Assembly: GCA_043800705.1 (NCBI GenBank) | Contig: JAZDMS010000032.1 | Span: 1-10,812 of the forward strand | Direction: 5' to 3' | DNA from: Candidatus Altiarchaeota archaeon | GTDB lineage: Archaea > Altiarchaeota > Altiarchaeia > IMC4 > SCGC-AAA252-I15 | DNA: 10,812 bases | Shown here: in pieces, positions 1 to 7,538 of the stretch | Position numbering within the stretch: position 1 is the stretch's first letter | How the letters are laid out: every line of letters starts with the position of its first letter | The notes under the pieces: generated by a model | Databases searched by the model: none | The model's input: the letters and a program-made list of their open reading frames with translations, nothing else | What the model was told of the DNA's origin: nothing | Made by a program: the position numbers and the translations under genes

Positions 1-150
1 CGGGGTCTTCCTGAGCCTGTCGGCCAGTTCGTGGTCGAAGCGCTCAAGCTCCTCGAAATCCAGGATCACGCTCTTCTTATCGGGGTACTTCTCCCCAAGC
101 ACCCGAAGCTGCTCCTTCTGCCGTCCGATGAAGGACTCAATCTTGTTCAA
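1..150 (-). CDS. mcm: MCM replicative DNA helicase, N-terminal fragment (gene runs off the left edge)
   Basis: Manual translation of the reverse complement from TTG at 150: MNKIESFIGRQKEQLRVLGEKYPDKKSVILDFEELERFDHELADRLRKTP. This matches the archaeal MCM N-terminal pattern YP-x-(K/R)S-(L/V)-x-(V/L)DF-x-(D/E)L-x-x-FD-x-x-LAD-x-L-x-x-x-P. An SD-like GGGGTG (156-161, minus) lies 5 nt before the TTG. Not in the supplied ORF track. Confidence 0.8.
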   Translation of the reverse strand, partial: MNKIESFIGRQKEQLRVLGEKYPDKKSVILDFEELERFDHELADRLRKTP

Positions 151-196
151 ACAAACACCCCGAAACCCAAAAAGAGGAATAAGCTATAGGTAATGG

Positions 197-206
197 ATTT
201 AAAAAA
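197..206 (-). promoter_or_regulatory. Putative TATA box for the mcm-like gene
   Basis: TTTTTTAAAT on the minus strand, about 47 nt upstream of the TTG, leaving room for a short SD-containing leader. Confidence 0.4.
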
Positions 207-292
207 CGCAGACGGATTATCACGGGCCTGCAAAAAAGGGAAAATCCCACGAAGACACTGACTTCGTCGATCGTCTATCATTTATTCGACAC

Positions 293-300
293 TTTTTAAA
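293..300 (+). promoter_or_regulatory. Putative TATA box of the HTH-mevalonate operon (probably leaderless transcript)
   Basis: TTTTTAAA ends 24 nt before the ATG at 325, the typical archaeal TATA-to-TSS spacing. There is no SD immediately before the ATG. Confidence 0.55.
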
Positions 301-324
301 GGAGTCCTACATAATATTCTGGCA

Positions 325-1032
325 ATGCTCACCGAAAGCGAGGCCGCAGCCAAGAACATCGCGGGCGAGATAACCATCGCAGCCAAGTCCTCGGACTCCA
401 TGAGGAAGTGGAGGGAGGTCTTCGGCGTGAAGCAGACCGAACTGGCTAAAAGGCTGAGGGTTTCCCCTTCGGTCATATCCGACTACGAATCCGGCCGCAG
501 GCAGTCCCCCGGAACCCACTTCGTCAAGAGGTTCGTCGAGACCCTCATAGAGATGGACGGGGAGAAGGGCGGCCAGGTGATCGGGAAGTTCATGGTCGGG
601 CCGCAGCCCGATGCGATCCTGGCCATCAGGGAGTTCGAGGCGCCGATAAAGGCAAGTAGGCTCCTTAAGGCCATCGACGCGGAGGTGCTCGTGAACAAGC
701 GCCTCCTGGCCACGAGAGAGCTTCGAGGGTATACGATCATAGACAGCATCCAGGCGATACTTAACCTCACGGACCGGGATTTTAGGGCTATATATGGCTC
801 GAGCAGCGAAAGGGCGCTCATCTTCACTAAGGTGAAGCTGGGGCGTTCGCCGATGATCGCGGTCAAGGTGACGCAGCCGAAGCCGGTGATGATCGTGCTT
901 CACGGCCTGGCGCCGGAGAAAGTCGACAAGCTCGCAAAACACATAGCGGAGAAGGAGAACATACCGCTCGCGGTCTCGAGGCTGAAGACGGAGCGGGAGC
1001 TCATAGAGAAGCTAGGGAGGGAGATGATATGA
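325..1032 (+). CDS. Archaeal XRE/Cro-type HTH transcriptional regulator (COG1709-like) with C-terminal DRTGG-like domain
   Basis: N-terminal HTH_3 signature [39 protein letters not shown]-terminal motifs [27 protein letters not shown] and [12 protein letters not shown] are typical of this archaeal family. The stop overlaps the next start (ATGA 1029-1032). Confidence 0.85.
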   Translation: MLTESEAAAKNIAGEITIAAKSSDSMRKWREVFGVKQTELAKRLRVSPSVISDYESGRRQSPGTHFVKRFVETLIEMDGEKGGQVIGKFMVGPQPDAILAIREFEAPIKASRLLKAIDAEVLVNKRLLATRELRGYTIIDSIQAILNLTDRDFRAIYGSSSERALIFTKVKLGRSPMIAVKVTQPKPVMIVLHGLAPEKVDKLAKHIAEKENIPLAVSRLKTERELIEKLGREMI

Positions 1033-2081
1033 CAGGCATAGTCGGATACGGCGCATACGTGCCGAAATACAGGATCAAGACGGAAGAGATAACCAAGGTC
1101 TGGGGCGGCGACGGGCCGCGGACCGCGAAAGGCCTCAACGTGTACGAGAAGAGCGTCCCGGGACTGGACGAAGACACGATAACGATATCGGTCGAGGCGG
1201 CGAGGAACGCCCTCGCCCACGCGAAAATCGACCCGAGGGACATCGAAGCCGTTTTCGTCGGCTCCGAATCCCATCCGTATGCGGTCAAACCCAGCGCCAC
1301 GATAGTGGCCGAGGCGATTGAGGCGACGCCGGACCTTACTGCAGCCGACTTAGAGTTCGCCTGCAAGGCGGGGACCGCGGCGATACAGATCTGCATGGGC
1401 CTGGTCAAGTCCAAGATGATAAAGTACGGCCTCGCCATAGGCGCGGACACAAGCCAGGGAAGGCCCGGCGACGTCCTGGAAAACACCGCATCAGCCGGAG
1501 GGGCGGCCTACATCATCGGCGAACTCGACACCGTCGCCGACATCAGGGACACATACTCGTTCACGACCGATACGCCCGACTTCTGGAGGAGGGAGGGGCA
1601 GGACTTCCCGGAGCACGGCTCCAGGTTCACAGGCGAGCCGGCATACTTCAAGCACGTCATCTCGGCGTCGAAGAAGATCATGGAACGCAACAAGCTCAAG
1701 CCGGAAGACTTCAAATACGCGGTATTCCACCAGCCCAACGGGAAATTCCCGCTGCAGGCGGCATCAATGCTCGGCTTCAAGAAGGAGCAGGTCGAAACAG
1801 GGCTTCTGACCCCCATCATCGGGAACACGTACTCCGGGGCCACGCCGCTCGGACTCAGCGCCGTACTCGACGTCGCACTTCCCGGGGACCTGATACTCGC
1901 GACTTCCTACGGCTCGGGCGCAGGCAGCGACTCATTCATAATAGAGGCCACGGACATGATAGCCAAAAACAGGAACCCCAAACCCATAAGGGACCAGATC
2001 AAGGACAAGGAATACATAGACTACAGCATATACGCAAAAAACAAGGGAAAGATCAAGGGCGTATACCTGCAGACAGGGTGA
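1029..2081 (+). CDS. hmgB: Hydroxymethylglutaryl-CoA synthase (archaeal type)
   Basis: N-terminus [25 protein letters not shown] (catalytic Glu), DLEFACKAG (catalytic Cys), FHQPNGKF (catalytic His), IGNTYS and SYGSGAGSD motifs. Adjacent to thiolase and DUF35 genes. Confidence 0.96.
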   Translation: MTGIVGYGAYVPKYRIKTEEITKVWGGDGPRTAKGLNVYEKSVPGLDEDTITISVEAARNALAHAKIDPRDIEAVFVGSESHPYAVKPSATIVAEAIEATPDLTAADLEFACKAGTAAIQICMGLVKSKMIKYGLAIGADTSQGRPGDVLENTASAGGAAYIIGELDTVADIRDTYSFTTDTPDFWRREGQDFPEHGSRFTGEPAYFKHVISASKKIMERNKLKPEDFKYAVFHQPNGKFPLQAASMLGFKKEQVETGLLTPIIGNTYSGATPLGLSAVLDVALPGDLILATSYGSGAGSDSFIIEATDMIAKNRNPKPIRDQIKDKEYIDYSIYAKNKGKIKGVYLQTG

Positions 2082-2086
2082 TGATG

Positions 2087-3253
2087 ATGACGAACGTTGC
2101 AATAATCGGGATAGGACTTACGCAGTTCGGAGAATTCTGGGAAAGAAGCTACAGGGACCTGATAACCGAAGCCGGCGTGAAGGCCATTCAGGACGCCAAA
2201 ATAGACGGCATCGAGATACAGTCCCTATACGTCGGCTCCATGACGCCTGGGCTGTTCATCCAACAGGAGCACATCGGCGCCCTCGTCGCTGACAACGCAG
2301 GACTATGCGGCATACCCGCGACAAGGGTCGAGGCCGCATGCGCCTCGGGAGGGCTTGCATTAAGGCAGGCTTTCCTTGCCATAAAGGCCGGCGCAGCCGA
2401 CGTAGTGGTGGCCGGAGGCGTCGAGAAGATGACCGACGCCAGCACCGAACACGCGACGGTCGCCCTTGCAGGGGCGGCGGACCAGGAATGGGAGGCATTC
2501 CACGGAGTCACGTTCCCCGCGCTGTATGCGATGATGGCCAGAAGGCACATGCTCGAATTCGGCACCACAGAGGAGCAGATGGCGCAGGTCGCGGTCAAGA
2601 ACCACCACAACGGCGCACTCAACCCCAACGCACAATACCGAAAACCAGTAACCTTGGAGGAGGTAATGAACTCGTCGCTCGTCGCCGACCCGCTGAAGCT
2701 CCTTGACTGCTCACCCATCACGGACGGAGCAGCGGCCGTCATCCTAGCCAGCGAAAAGAAAGCGAGGGAACTGTGCGAAAACCCCATATGGATAACCGGC
2801 TCCGGCCAGGCGTCAGACACGCTCGCAATCCACGACAGGAAGAGCCTCTGCCGCATGGAAGCGGCTGTGAAGGCCGCGAACACCGCCTACAAGATGGCAG
2901 GCGTCACCTCAGAGGACATAGACCTCGCAGAAGTCCACGACTGCTTCACGATAGCGGAGCTGATGGCCATAGAGAGCCTCGGATTCTGCCAAATCGGCGC
3001 AGGCGGAAAGTTCACCGAAGACGGAGAAACGTCCCTGAAGGGTAGCATGCCGGTGAACACGTCGGGCGGCCTGAAGGCTAAAGGACACCCCGTGGGTGCG
3101 ACCGGCATCGCACAGGCTATCGAAGTCGTAATGCAACTTAGGGGAGACGCGGGCAAGAGGCAGATCGAAGGTGCAAAGGTCGGGCTGACCCACAACGTCG
3201 GAGGCAGCGGAGCGACATGCGCAGTCCATATACTCCGGAAGGAGGTGGACTGA
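2087..3253 (+). CDS. acaB: Acetoacetyl-CoA thiolase (acetyl-CoA C-acetyltransferase), archaeal SCP2-like type
   Basis: VEAACASGG (catalytic Cys), GVEKM, EVHDCFT, SGGLKAKGHPVGATG and HNVGG motifs. The ORF opens at GTG 2078 with tandem ATGs. ATG 2087 is preferred because GGGTGA (2076-2081) sits 5 nt upstream. Confidence 0.95.
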   Translation: MTNVAIIGIGLTQFGEFWERSYRDLITEAGVKAIQDAKIDGIEIQSLYVGSMTPGLFIQQEHIGALVADNAGLCGIPATRVEAACASGGLALRQAFLAIKAGAADVVVAGGVEKMTDASTEHATVALAGAADQEWEAFHGVTFPALYAMMARRHMLEFGTTEEQMAQVAVKNHHNGALNPNAQYRKPVTLEEVMNSSLVADPLKLLDCSPITDGAAAVILASEKKARELCENPIWITGSGQASDTLAIHDRKSLCRMEAAVKAANTAYKMAGVTSEDIDLAEVHDCFTIAELMAIESLGFCQIGAGGKFTEDGETSLKGSMPVNTSGGLKAKGHPVGATGIAQAIEVVMQLRGDAGKRQIEGAKVGLTHNVGGSGATCAVHILRKEVD

Positions 3254-3254
3254 A

Positions 3255-3656
3255 ATGGCTGAAGGATTGGCGCTGCACTGGAGGCTCTCAGGGGCGAGAT
3301 ACAACCTGGTGGGCTCAAGGTGCAAGACCTGCGATAGGAAGTTCTTCCCGCCGAGGAACATATGCCCAGACTGCAGGAGGAAGAGCAAGATGGAGAAGTT
3401 CAAGTTCTCCGGAGACGGAGAGGTCTTCAGCTACACCGTGGTCAGGGCGGCGCCCACAGGCTTCGAGTACCAGAAACCCTACGTCGTCGCAATCGTCGCC
3501 CTGAAGGAGGGTGCGAAGTGCACGGCCCAGATCGTGGACTGCAAGCCGGAGGAGGTCAGGATAGGGGCGTCCGTCGAGCGGGTCTTCAGGAAGATCATGG
3601 CGGACGACGAACACGGGATAATCAGGTACGGATACAAGTTCAAGCTGAAGAAGTGA
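3255..3656 (+). CDS. acaC: DUF35 family Zn-ribbon/OB-fold protein, scaffold subunit of the thiolase/HMG-CoA synthase complex
   Basis: GSRCKTC...FFPPRNICPDC rubredoxin-like Zn ribbon followed by an OB fold (GEVFSYTVV, PYVVAIV, IRYGYKF). Strong SD GGAGGTGG at 3241-3248. Operon context. Confidence 0.93.
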   Translation: MAEGLALHWRLSGARYNLVGSRCKTCDRKFFPPRNICPDCRRKSKMEKFKFSGDGEVFSYTVVRAAPTGFEYQKPYVVAIVALKEGAKCTAQIVDCKPEEVRIGASVERVFRKIMADDEHGIIRYGYKFKLKK

Positions 3657-3659
3657 TTC

Positions 3660-3674
3660 GGCTTGGCCTTTTTT
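3660..3674 (+). terminator. Probable oligo-T terminator of the mevalonate operon
   Basis: GGCTTGGCC followed by TTTTTT (3669-3674), just after the DUF35 stop and at the convergence with the MgtC-family gene. Confidence 0.4.
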
Positions 3675-4134
3675 AGGATTCTATCCCGATTAGTTCCTTC
3701 TTGAACGTGCCCTTTGCGACCTTCACCACGTGGCCTCTGGCGAGTATTATCATCGTCGCCAGGGTTATCATGGTGGAAAGGACAAAGTAGCCGAGTCCGA
3801 CTGCGATTCCGATGCCTGCCGCAACCCATATGGCTGCGGCGGTGGTGATTCCATGGATGGCCTCCTCCTTCTGCCTCCAGATGACTCCCGCACCTATGAA
3901 GCCGATGCCTGTTACGATGCTCGCAGCCAGGCGCATCGGATCGTTAGCCGCAGGAAACGACTCAACGGACAATACCGTGAACAATGTTGAACCCATCGTG
4001 ATCAGGGAAAACGTCCTCAGCCCGGCTCCTGTCGCCCCGCCTTGCCGCTCCAAGCCTATCAGCATCCCGAAGAATCCGGCAATGACCACCTTGACTGTCA
4101 TGTCAAGCTCCAGGGGGGATACGACCAACTGCAT
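3673..4134 (-). CDS. mgtC: MgtC/SapB family membrane protein (membrane domain only)
   Basis: Family motifs IGLER, AGLRTFSL, RLAASIVTGIGFIGAGVI and GITTAAAIW-x-x-AGIGIAVGLG. At 153 aa it has no C-terminal ACT-like domain. The symbol is family-level, not proven orthology. Confidence 0.92.
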   Translation of the reverse strand: MQLVVSPLELDMTVKVVIAGFFGMLIGLERQGGATGAGLRTFSLITMGSTLFTVLSVESFPAANDPMRLAASIVTGIGFIGAGVIWRQKEEAIHGITTAAAIWVAAGIGIAVGLGYFVLSTMITLATMIILARGHVVKVAKGTFKKELIGIES

Positions 4135-4152
4135 GGTAAATGATTGTAGGGG

Positions 4153-4163
4153 ATAAATATAAA
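4153..4163 (-). promoter_or_regulatory. Putative TATA box of the MgtC-family gene (leaderless)
   Basis: TTTATATTTAT on the minus strand, with TTTATA about 23 nt upstream of the ATG at 4134. Confidence 0.5.
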
Positions 4164-4164
4164 G

Positions 4165-4190
4165 AATAAGCCGCCAAAAGGCGGCCTATT
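4165..4190 (-). terminator. Stem-loop terminator after SAM synthetase
   Basis: Minus strand AATAGGCCGCC-TTTT-GGCGGCTTATT forms an 11-bp stem with one G-U pair. It starts 2 nt after the stop and is followed by U-rich CTTTATATTT. Confidence 0.65.
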
Positions 4191-4192
4191 GT

Positions 4193-5365
4193 TCAGAACG
4201 TTTCTGCCTTGCCGCTGACGCAGGATTTGGTCATATCCTCGATGTGCTCAAGCCAGTAGTCCGTTATCTGCACGGCCTTGCTCTTCATCTTCTCGGGGCC
4301 TATTACCTGGACGTCCGCGCACAGCGGCTGGTCGATGGGATGCCCGATCTGGCTCAGGAGACGGACATATACCTGTTCCGCGCCCTCCTTTGCGATCTCG
4401 TTCGCTATCTCCTTCGACAGCAGGTTGTACAGCTTGCCGACGTGATTTACGGGATTCTTGCCCGACGTCGCCTCCATACTCATCGGCCGGTACGGGGTGA
4501 TGAGTCCGTTAGCGCGGTTTCCGCGGCCGACGGATCCGTCGTCCCCCTGCTCGGCGCTCGTCCCGCTGACTGTGAGGAAGACGCTCTCGTTGTCGAGGTC
4601 ATCGCCGGTGTTTATCTCCACCTGAACTGGCTGGTCCGTGATCGAAGCAACGAAATCCCTTACCAGGTCTGTCTCCTCTTCGATGATGTTGGCGTAATCC
4701 TTTATGTTCTTTATGTGCTTGGATATCATGGCGTTGCAGATGGTAAGGATGATCTTGTCCTTGGTCCTCTCCCCCATGACCTTGATGTCCTGCCCCGACG
4801 CCTTGACCTTCTTCTTCATCTTGCCATTCATGTACTTCTCGACGTCTAGGGTCAGCCTCTCCGTCAGGGTCAGCGGCGCAAAGCTGACACCAAAGGACGT
4901 GTCGTTGGCTTTCGGTATACCCTTCCTGCCGAAGACCGAGCGCAGGTCGGATGAGCCCATCCCGATCCTCTGGTCTACAGTCACAGTGTCATCGACGTCC
5001 ATGTAGGGGAACGTGTTTCTCAGGTACTCCCTTGCTGCCTTTACCGCGATCTCCCCGACAGGGACCAGCTCGCCGCCTATATCGGTCGTTGCCCTTCCGG
5101 AAAGGAGGATGTAAGTCGGCGATATGATCTCGCCGGCACCCCATACGGGGTGGCTTCTGCCGCCCACAAGCTCGACCTGGTCCGTGTTGTGGTGCATTAT
5201 GCAGCCGTACCTCTTCAGGTATTCGTTGGAGAGCGCCCGGCTGACCGCCTCTGCTAGTCCGTCACATATGCTGTCTGGGTGTCCGATCCCCTTACGTTCG
5301 ACCAACTCCACATCCTGCTTCTGAAGCGGCTTCTCGTCGGGGAACTCAACGTAGATGTTCCTCAT
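4193..5365 (-). CDS. mat: S-adenosylmethionine synthetase, archaeal type (Mat/MetK)
   Basis: [85 protein letters not shown] and [11 protein letters not shown] motifs. ATG 5365 (MRNIYVE) is preferred over GTG 5374, which looks like part of the SD (GTGAT). Confidence 0.97.
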   Translation of the reverse strand: MRNIYVEFPDEKPLQKQDVELVERKGIGHPDSICDGLAEAVSRALSNEYLKRYGCIMHHNTDQVELVGGRSHPVWGAGEIISPTYILLSGRATTDIGGELVPVGEIAVKAAREYLRNTFPYMDVDDTVTVDQRIGMGSSDLRSVFGRKGIPKANDTSFGVSFAPLTLTERLTLDVEKYMNGKMKKKVKASGQDIKVMGERTKDKIILTICNAMISKHIKNIKDYANIIEEETDLVRDFVASITDQPVQVEINTGDDLDNESVFLTVSGTSAEQGDDGSVGRGNRANGLITPYRPMSMEATSGKNPVNHVGKLYNLLSKEIANEIAKEGAEQVYVRLLSQIGHPIDQPLCADVQVIGPEKMKSKAVQITDYWLEHIEDMTKSCVSGKAETF

Positions 5366-5447
5366 TTCAATCACAGTATATCAAAAGGCTGAATTTGCCC
5401 TTATGAGAAAATACAAATAGAAGGTATGGATTATTAAATAAAGATGG

Positions 5448-5467
5448 AAAAAGGGGCTTACGCCCCT
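5448..5467 (-). terminator. Intrinsic-type terminator downstream of radA
   Basis: Minus strand AGGGGC-GTAA-GCCCCT-TTTT: GC stem, GNRA tetraloop and U tract, about 50 nt after the radA stop. Confidence 0.7.
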
Positions 5468-5518
5468 ATTTGGACAATGTTTGGGTTCGCGGCGGTTTTT
5501 CACGGACCCCAGGAAGCG

Positions 5519-6496
5519 TTATTTCTCCTTCTCCTTGTCCTTGTCCTTCGACACCCTGGATTCCTTCACATCCTCTATGCCGTCGGTGTCTATCTCGAAG
5601 ACGCACTCTCCATCCGGCATGTTGGGGGAGTCGATGAGGTCCGCTATCCGCTTGGTTCCCTTGCTCTTCTTCAGGTAGATCCTGAATGTGCTGTGGTGTC
5701 CGACGATGTGGCCGCCAATGGGTGCCGTCGGGTCGCCGAAGAGTATGTCCGGGCGCGCCATCACCTGGTTTGTCACCATGACAGCGACGTTGTTCATGTC
5801 CGAGATCTTTCTCTGCAGGGTGTGCATGTGCCTGTTCAGTTTCTGCTGGCGGTTCGCCAGCGTCCCCCTCCCCGTGTATTCGGCCCTGAAGTGGGCTGTT
5901 AGGGAGTCGACTATGACGAGCCTTACATTCCTCTCCTTGAGCATCTCGGCTGCCTTTTCTGCAAGGAGCATCTGGTGGTCGGAGTTGTACGCCCTAGCGA
6001 CGAGGATGTTCGCAAGCGCCTCCTCCGGCTTGATTTTGACGGCCTTGGCCATCTGCTGTATCCTGTCCGGCCTGAAGGTGTTCTCGGTGTCGATGTATAG
6101 GGCCGTGCCTTCCAGTCCGCCTTTGCTTACCGGGAGCTGGACGTTGACTGCGAGCTGGTGCGCTGCCTGGGTCTTCCCTGAGCCGAATTTGCCAAACATC
6201 TCGGTTATGGCCTGGGTCTCGACTCCGCCACCGAGGAGTTTGTCAAATTCCTTGCTCCCAGTGGTTATCTTGCCGACGGTCTCCCTCTTGGCGAGGACTT
6301 CGAGCCCCGTCTCGAATCCCATGTGGAGGTTTTCGCGGGCCGCCTGGACTATCTTGACAGCGGAGGCCTCTCCGATGCCCAGGTCCTTCAGTTCTCCTGT
6401 GGTCGCGCAGGCGATCGCCTCGATGCTGTTGTATCCTGCTTCTTTGAGTTTTTCGGCTATTGATTCGCCGACGCCGGGTAGTTCCTCTAGTTCCAT
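5519..6496 (-). CDS. radA: DNA repair and recombination protein RadA
   Basis: N-terminal HhH (LEELPGVG), Walker [23 protein letters not shown], Walker [38 protein letters not shown] and DSPNMP. No intein. Confidence 0.98.
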   Translation of the reverse strand: MELEELPGVGESIAEKLKEAGYNSIEAIACATTGELKDLGIGEASAVKIVQAARENLHMGFETGLEVLAKRETVGKITTGSKEFDKLLGGGVETQAITEMFGKFGSGKTQAAHQLAVNVQLPVSKGGLEGTALYIDTENTFRPDRIQQMAKAVKIKPEEALANILVARAYNSDHQMLLAEKAAEMLKERNVRLVIVDSLTAHFRAEYTGRGTLANRQQKLNRHMHTLQRKISDMNNVAVMVTNQVMARPDILFGDPTAPIGGHIVGHHSTFRIYLKKSKGTKRIADLIDSPNMPDGECVFEIDTDGIEDVKESRVSKDKDKEKEK

Positions 6497-6531
6497 ATCA
6501 TATCAAGCCTATACACTAAATGAGGAACGGG

Positions 6532-6540
6532 TTTATTAAA
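6532..6540 (-). promoter_or_regulatory. Putative TATA box of radA
   Basis: TTTAATAAA on the minus strand, about 35 nt upstream of the ATG. A similar TTTAATAA lies upstream of the SAM synthetase gene (about 5431-5438). Confidence 0.5.
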
Positions 6541-6658
6541 CGCCGACATAAGAGAGCGGCGGAAAAGTATTGCATAATACCTCCAAATTGGCGGAATGAA
6601 TTATTATCGTCGCGGTTAGGTTCCCCTCCTATGAGCACAGGCCCGCGAACGCGAAGCT

Positions 6659-7360
6659 CTAAGGCTTCGGCAATACTTCCTCGTCAAGGTGCTTGAATAT
6701 CCCGGAACATTTATACAGGAAGAATCCGATATAGCCGATCACGGAGGGGACGGAAACCGAAATAACGAATCGGAAGAACCTTACGTCGGCGGGGCTATCG
6801 CCAAATAGCAAAGAGATCGATAGGATGGACGCATTGACTACCGCCGCTGTAAAAAAGACCCTCGATACGATCCCTTCCTCCAGCTTCTCCAAGTCGACAC
6901 CATATATCTTCGAAATCGTCCAAATCACAACCGGAAAAACGAAAACGACTATAACGGCAAGCTCAGGGATCCAATTATATTTATAATCCATCACGATCTC
7001 ATCGAAATAAGACCCAAAAAAGAGATCCGTGATAGAGTTGTCCATGGCTCCGGTCATCTGATTCTTCCCCCATATGATAACCGCAGCGAGGACAATGAAA
7101 GGTAATAAAGACATGAACAGAAGGACGAATGATGAAAGCGAAAGCAGCAGAGAACATAGGTATTCCCTTAATTGGCGGTACGCAAAAATGGCAAATTTTC
7201 CCCCTCTGCTTATGGCATATCCTCTGATCGCGTAGATTATGGCTGCGAAAACTAGAATGAGCAGCAGAGTGGTCGAATCGTAACCGTTGTTTCTGATTAT
7301 GAGCACCCACAAGATGATGAGCATGAACGCTAGGGTCCGTACGTAATCTTTGGATTCCAT
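6659..7360 (-). CDS. Hypothetical polytopic membrane protein (about 6 TM segments)
   Basis: 233-aa ORF with several long hydrophobic stretches. An AT-rich TATA-like element (AATATATTAT, 7381-7390) lies about 21-30 nt upstream. No family recognised. Confidence 0.75.
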   Translation of the reverse strand: MESKDYVRTLAFMLIILWVLIIRNNGYDSTTLLLILVFAAIIYAIRGYAISRGGKFAIFAYRQLREYLCSLLLSLSSFVLLFMSLLPFIVLAAVIIWGKNQMTGAMDNSITDLFFGSYFDEIVMDYKYNWIPELAVIVVFVFPVVIWTISKIYGVDLEKLEEGIVSRVFFTAAVVNASILSISLLFGDSPADVRFFRFVISVSVPSVIGYIGFFLYKCSGIFKHLDEEVLPKP

Positions 7361-7538
7361 CAGTATCTATTCGGTCCTGGATAATATATTCATTGAAGGC
7401 TGAAAATCACCGTTCCCACGATCTTGGGACACATTCCGGCGACCGGTTGTCTTCCGACCCGTCTGTGTCCGTCGACAAGGGGCCTGATAGGGATTTGAGG
7501 AAGGCGATGGCTTCCCCGCAGATCGAGGGATACGGCGA

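Noticed and set aside
151-324. Replication origin next to mcm
   Set aside because: Only 174 bp long, with no recognisable repeated ORB motifs and no cdc6/orc1 gene in the window.
1465-1495. HMG-CoA synthase motif GDVLENTA differs from the common GDALEYTA
   Set aside because: The catalytic Glu/Cys/His residues are intact and this position varies in the family, so there is no basis for a changed function.
5688-6539. 283-aa plus-strand ORF, and similar long antisense or alternate-frame ORFs over the HTH, HMG-CoA synthase, thiolase and mat genes
   Set aside because: Shadow ORFs overlapping well-conserved genes. They are expected from high GC and codon bias and show no recognisable motifs.
6659-7360. 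CSG motif suggesting an archaeosortase/exosortase
   Set aside because: The Cys lies at the extreme C-terminus, without the following TM helices carrying the conserved Asn/Arg/His residues.
7492-7500. GATTTGAGG shared between the intergenic regions at 7492-7500 and 9153-9161
   Set aside because: A single 9-mer match without extended similarity, compatible with chance.
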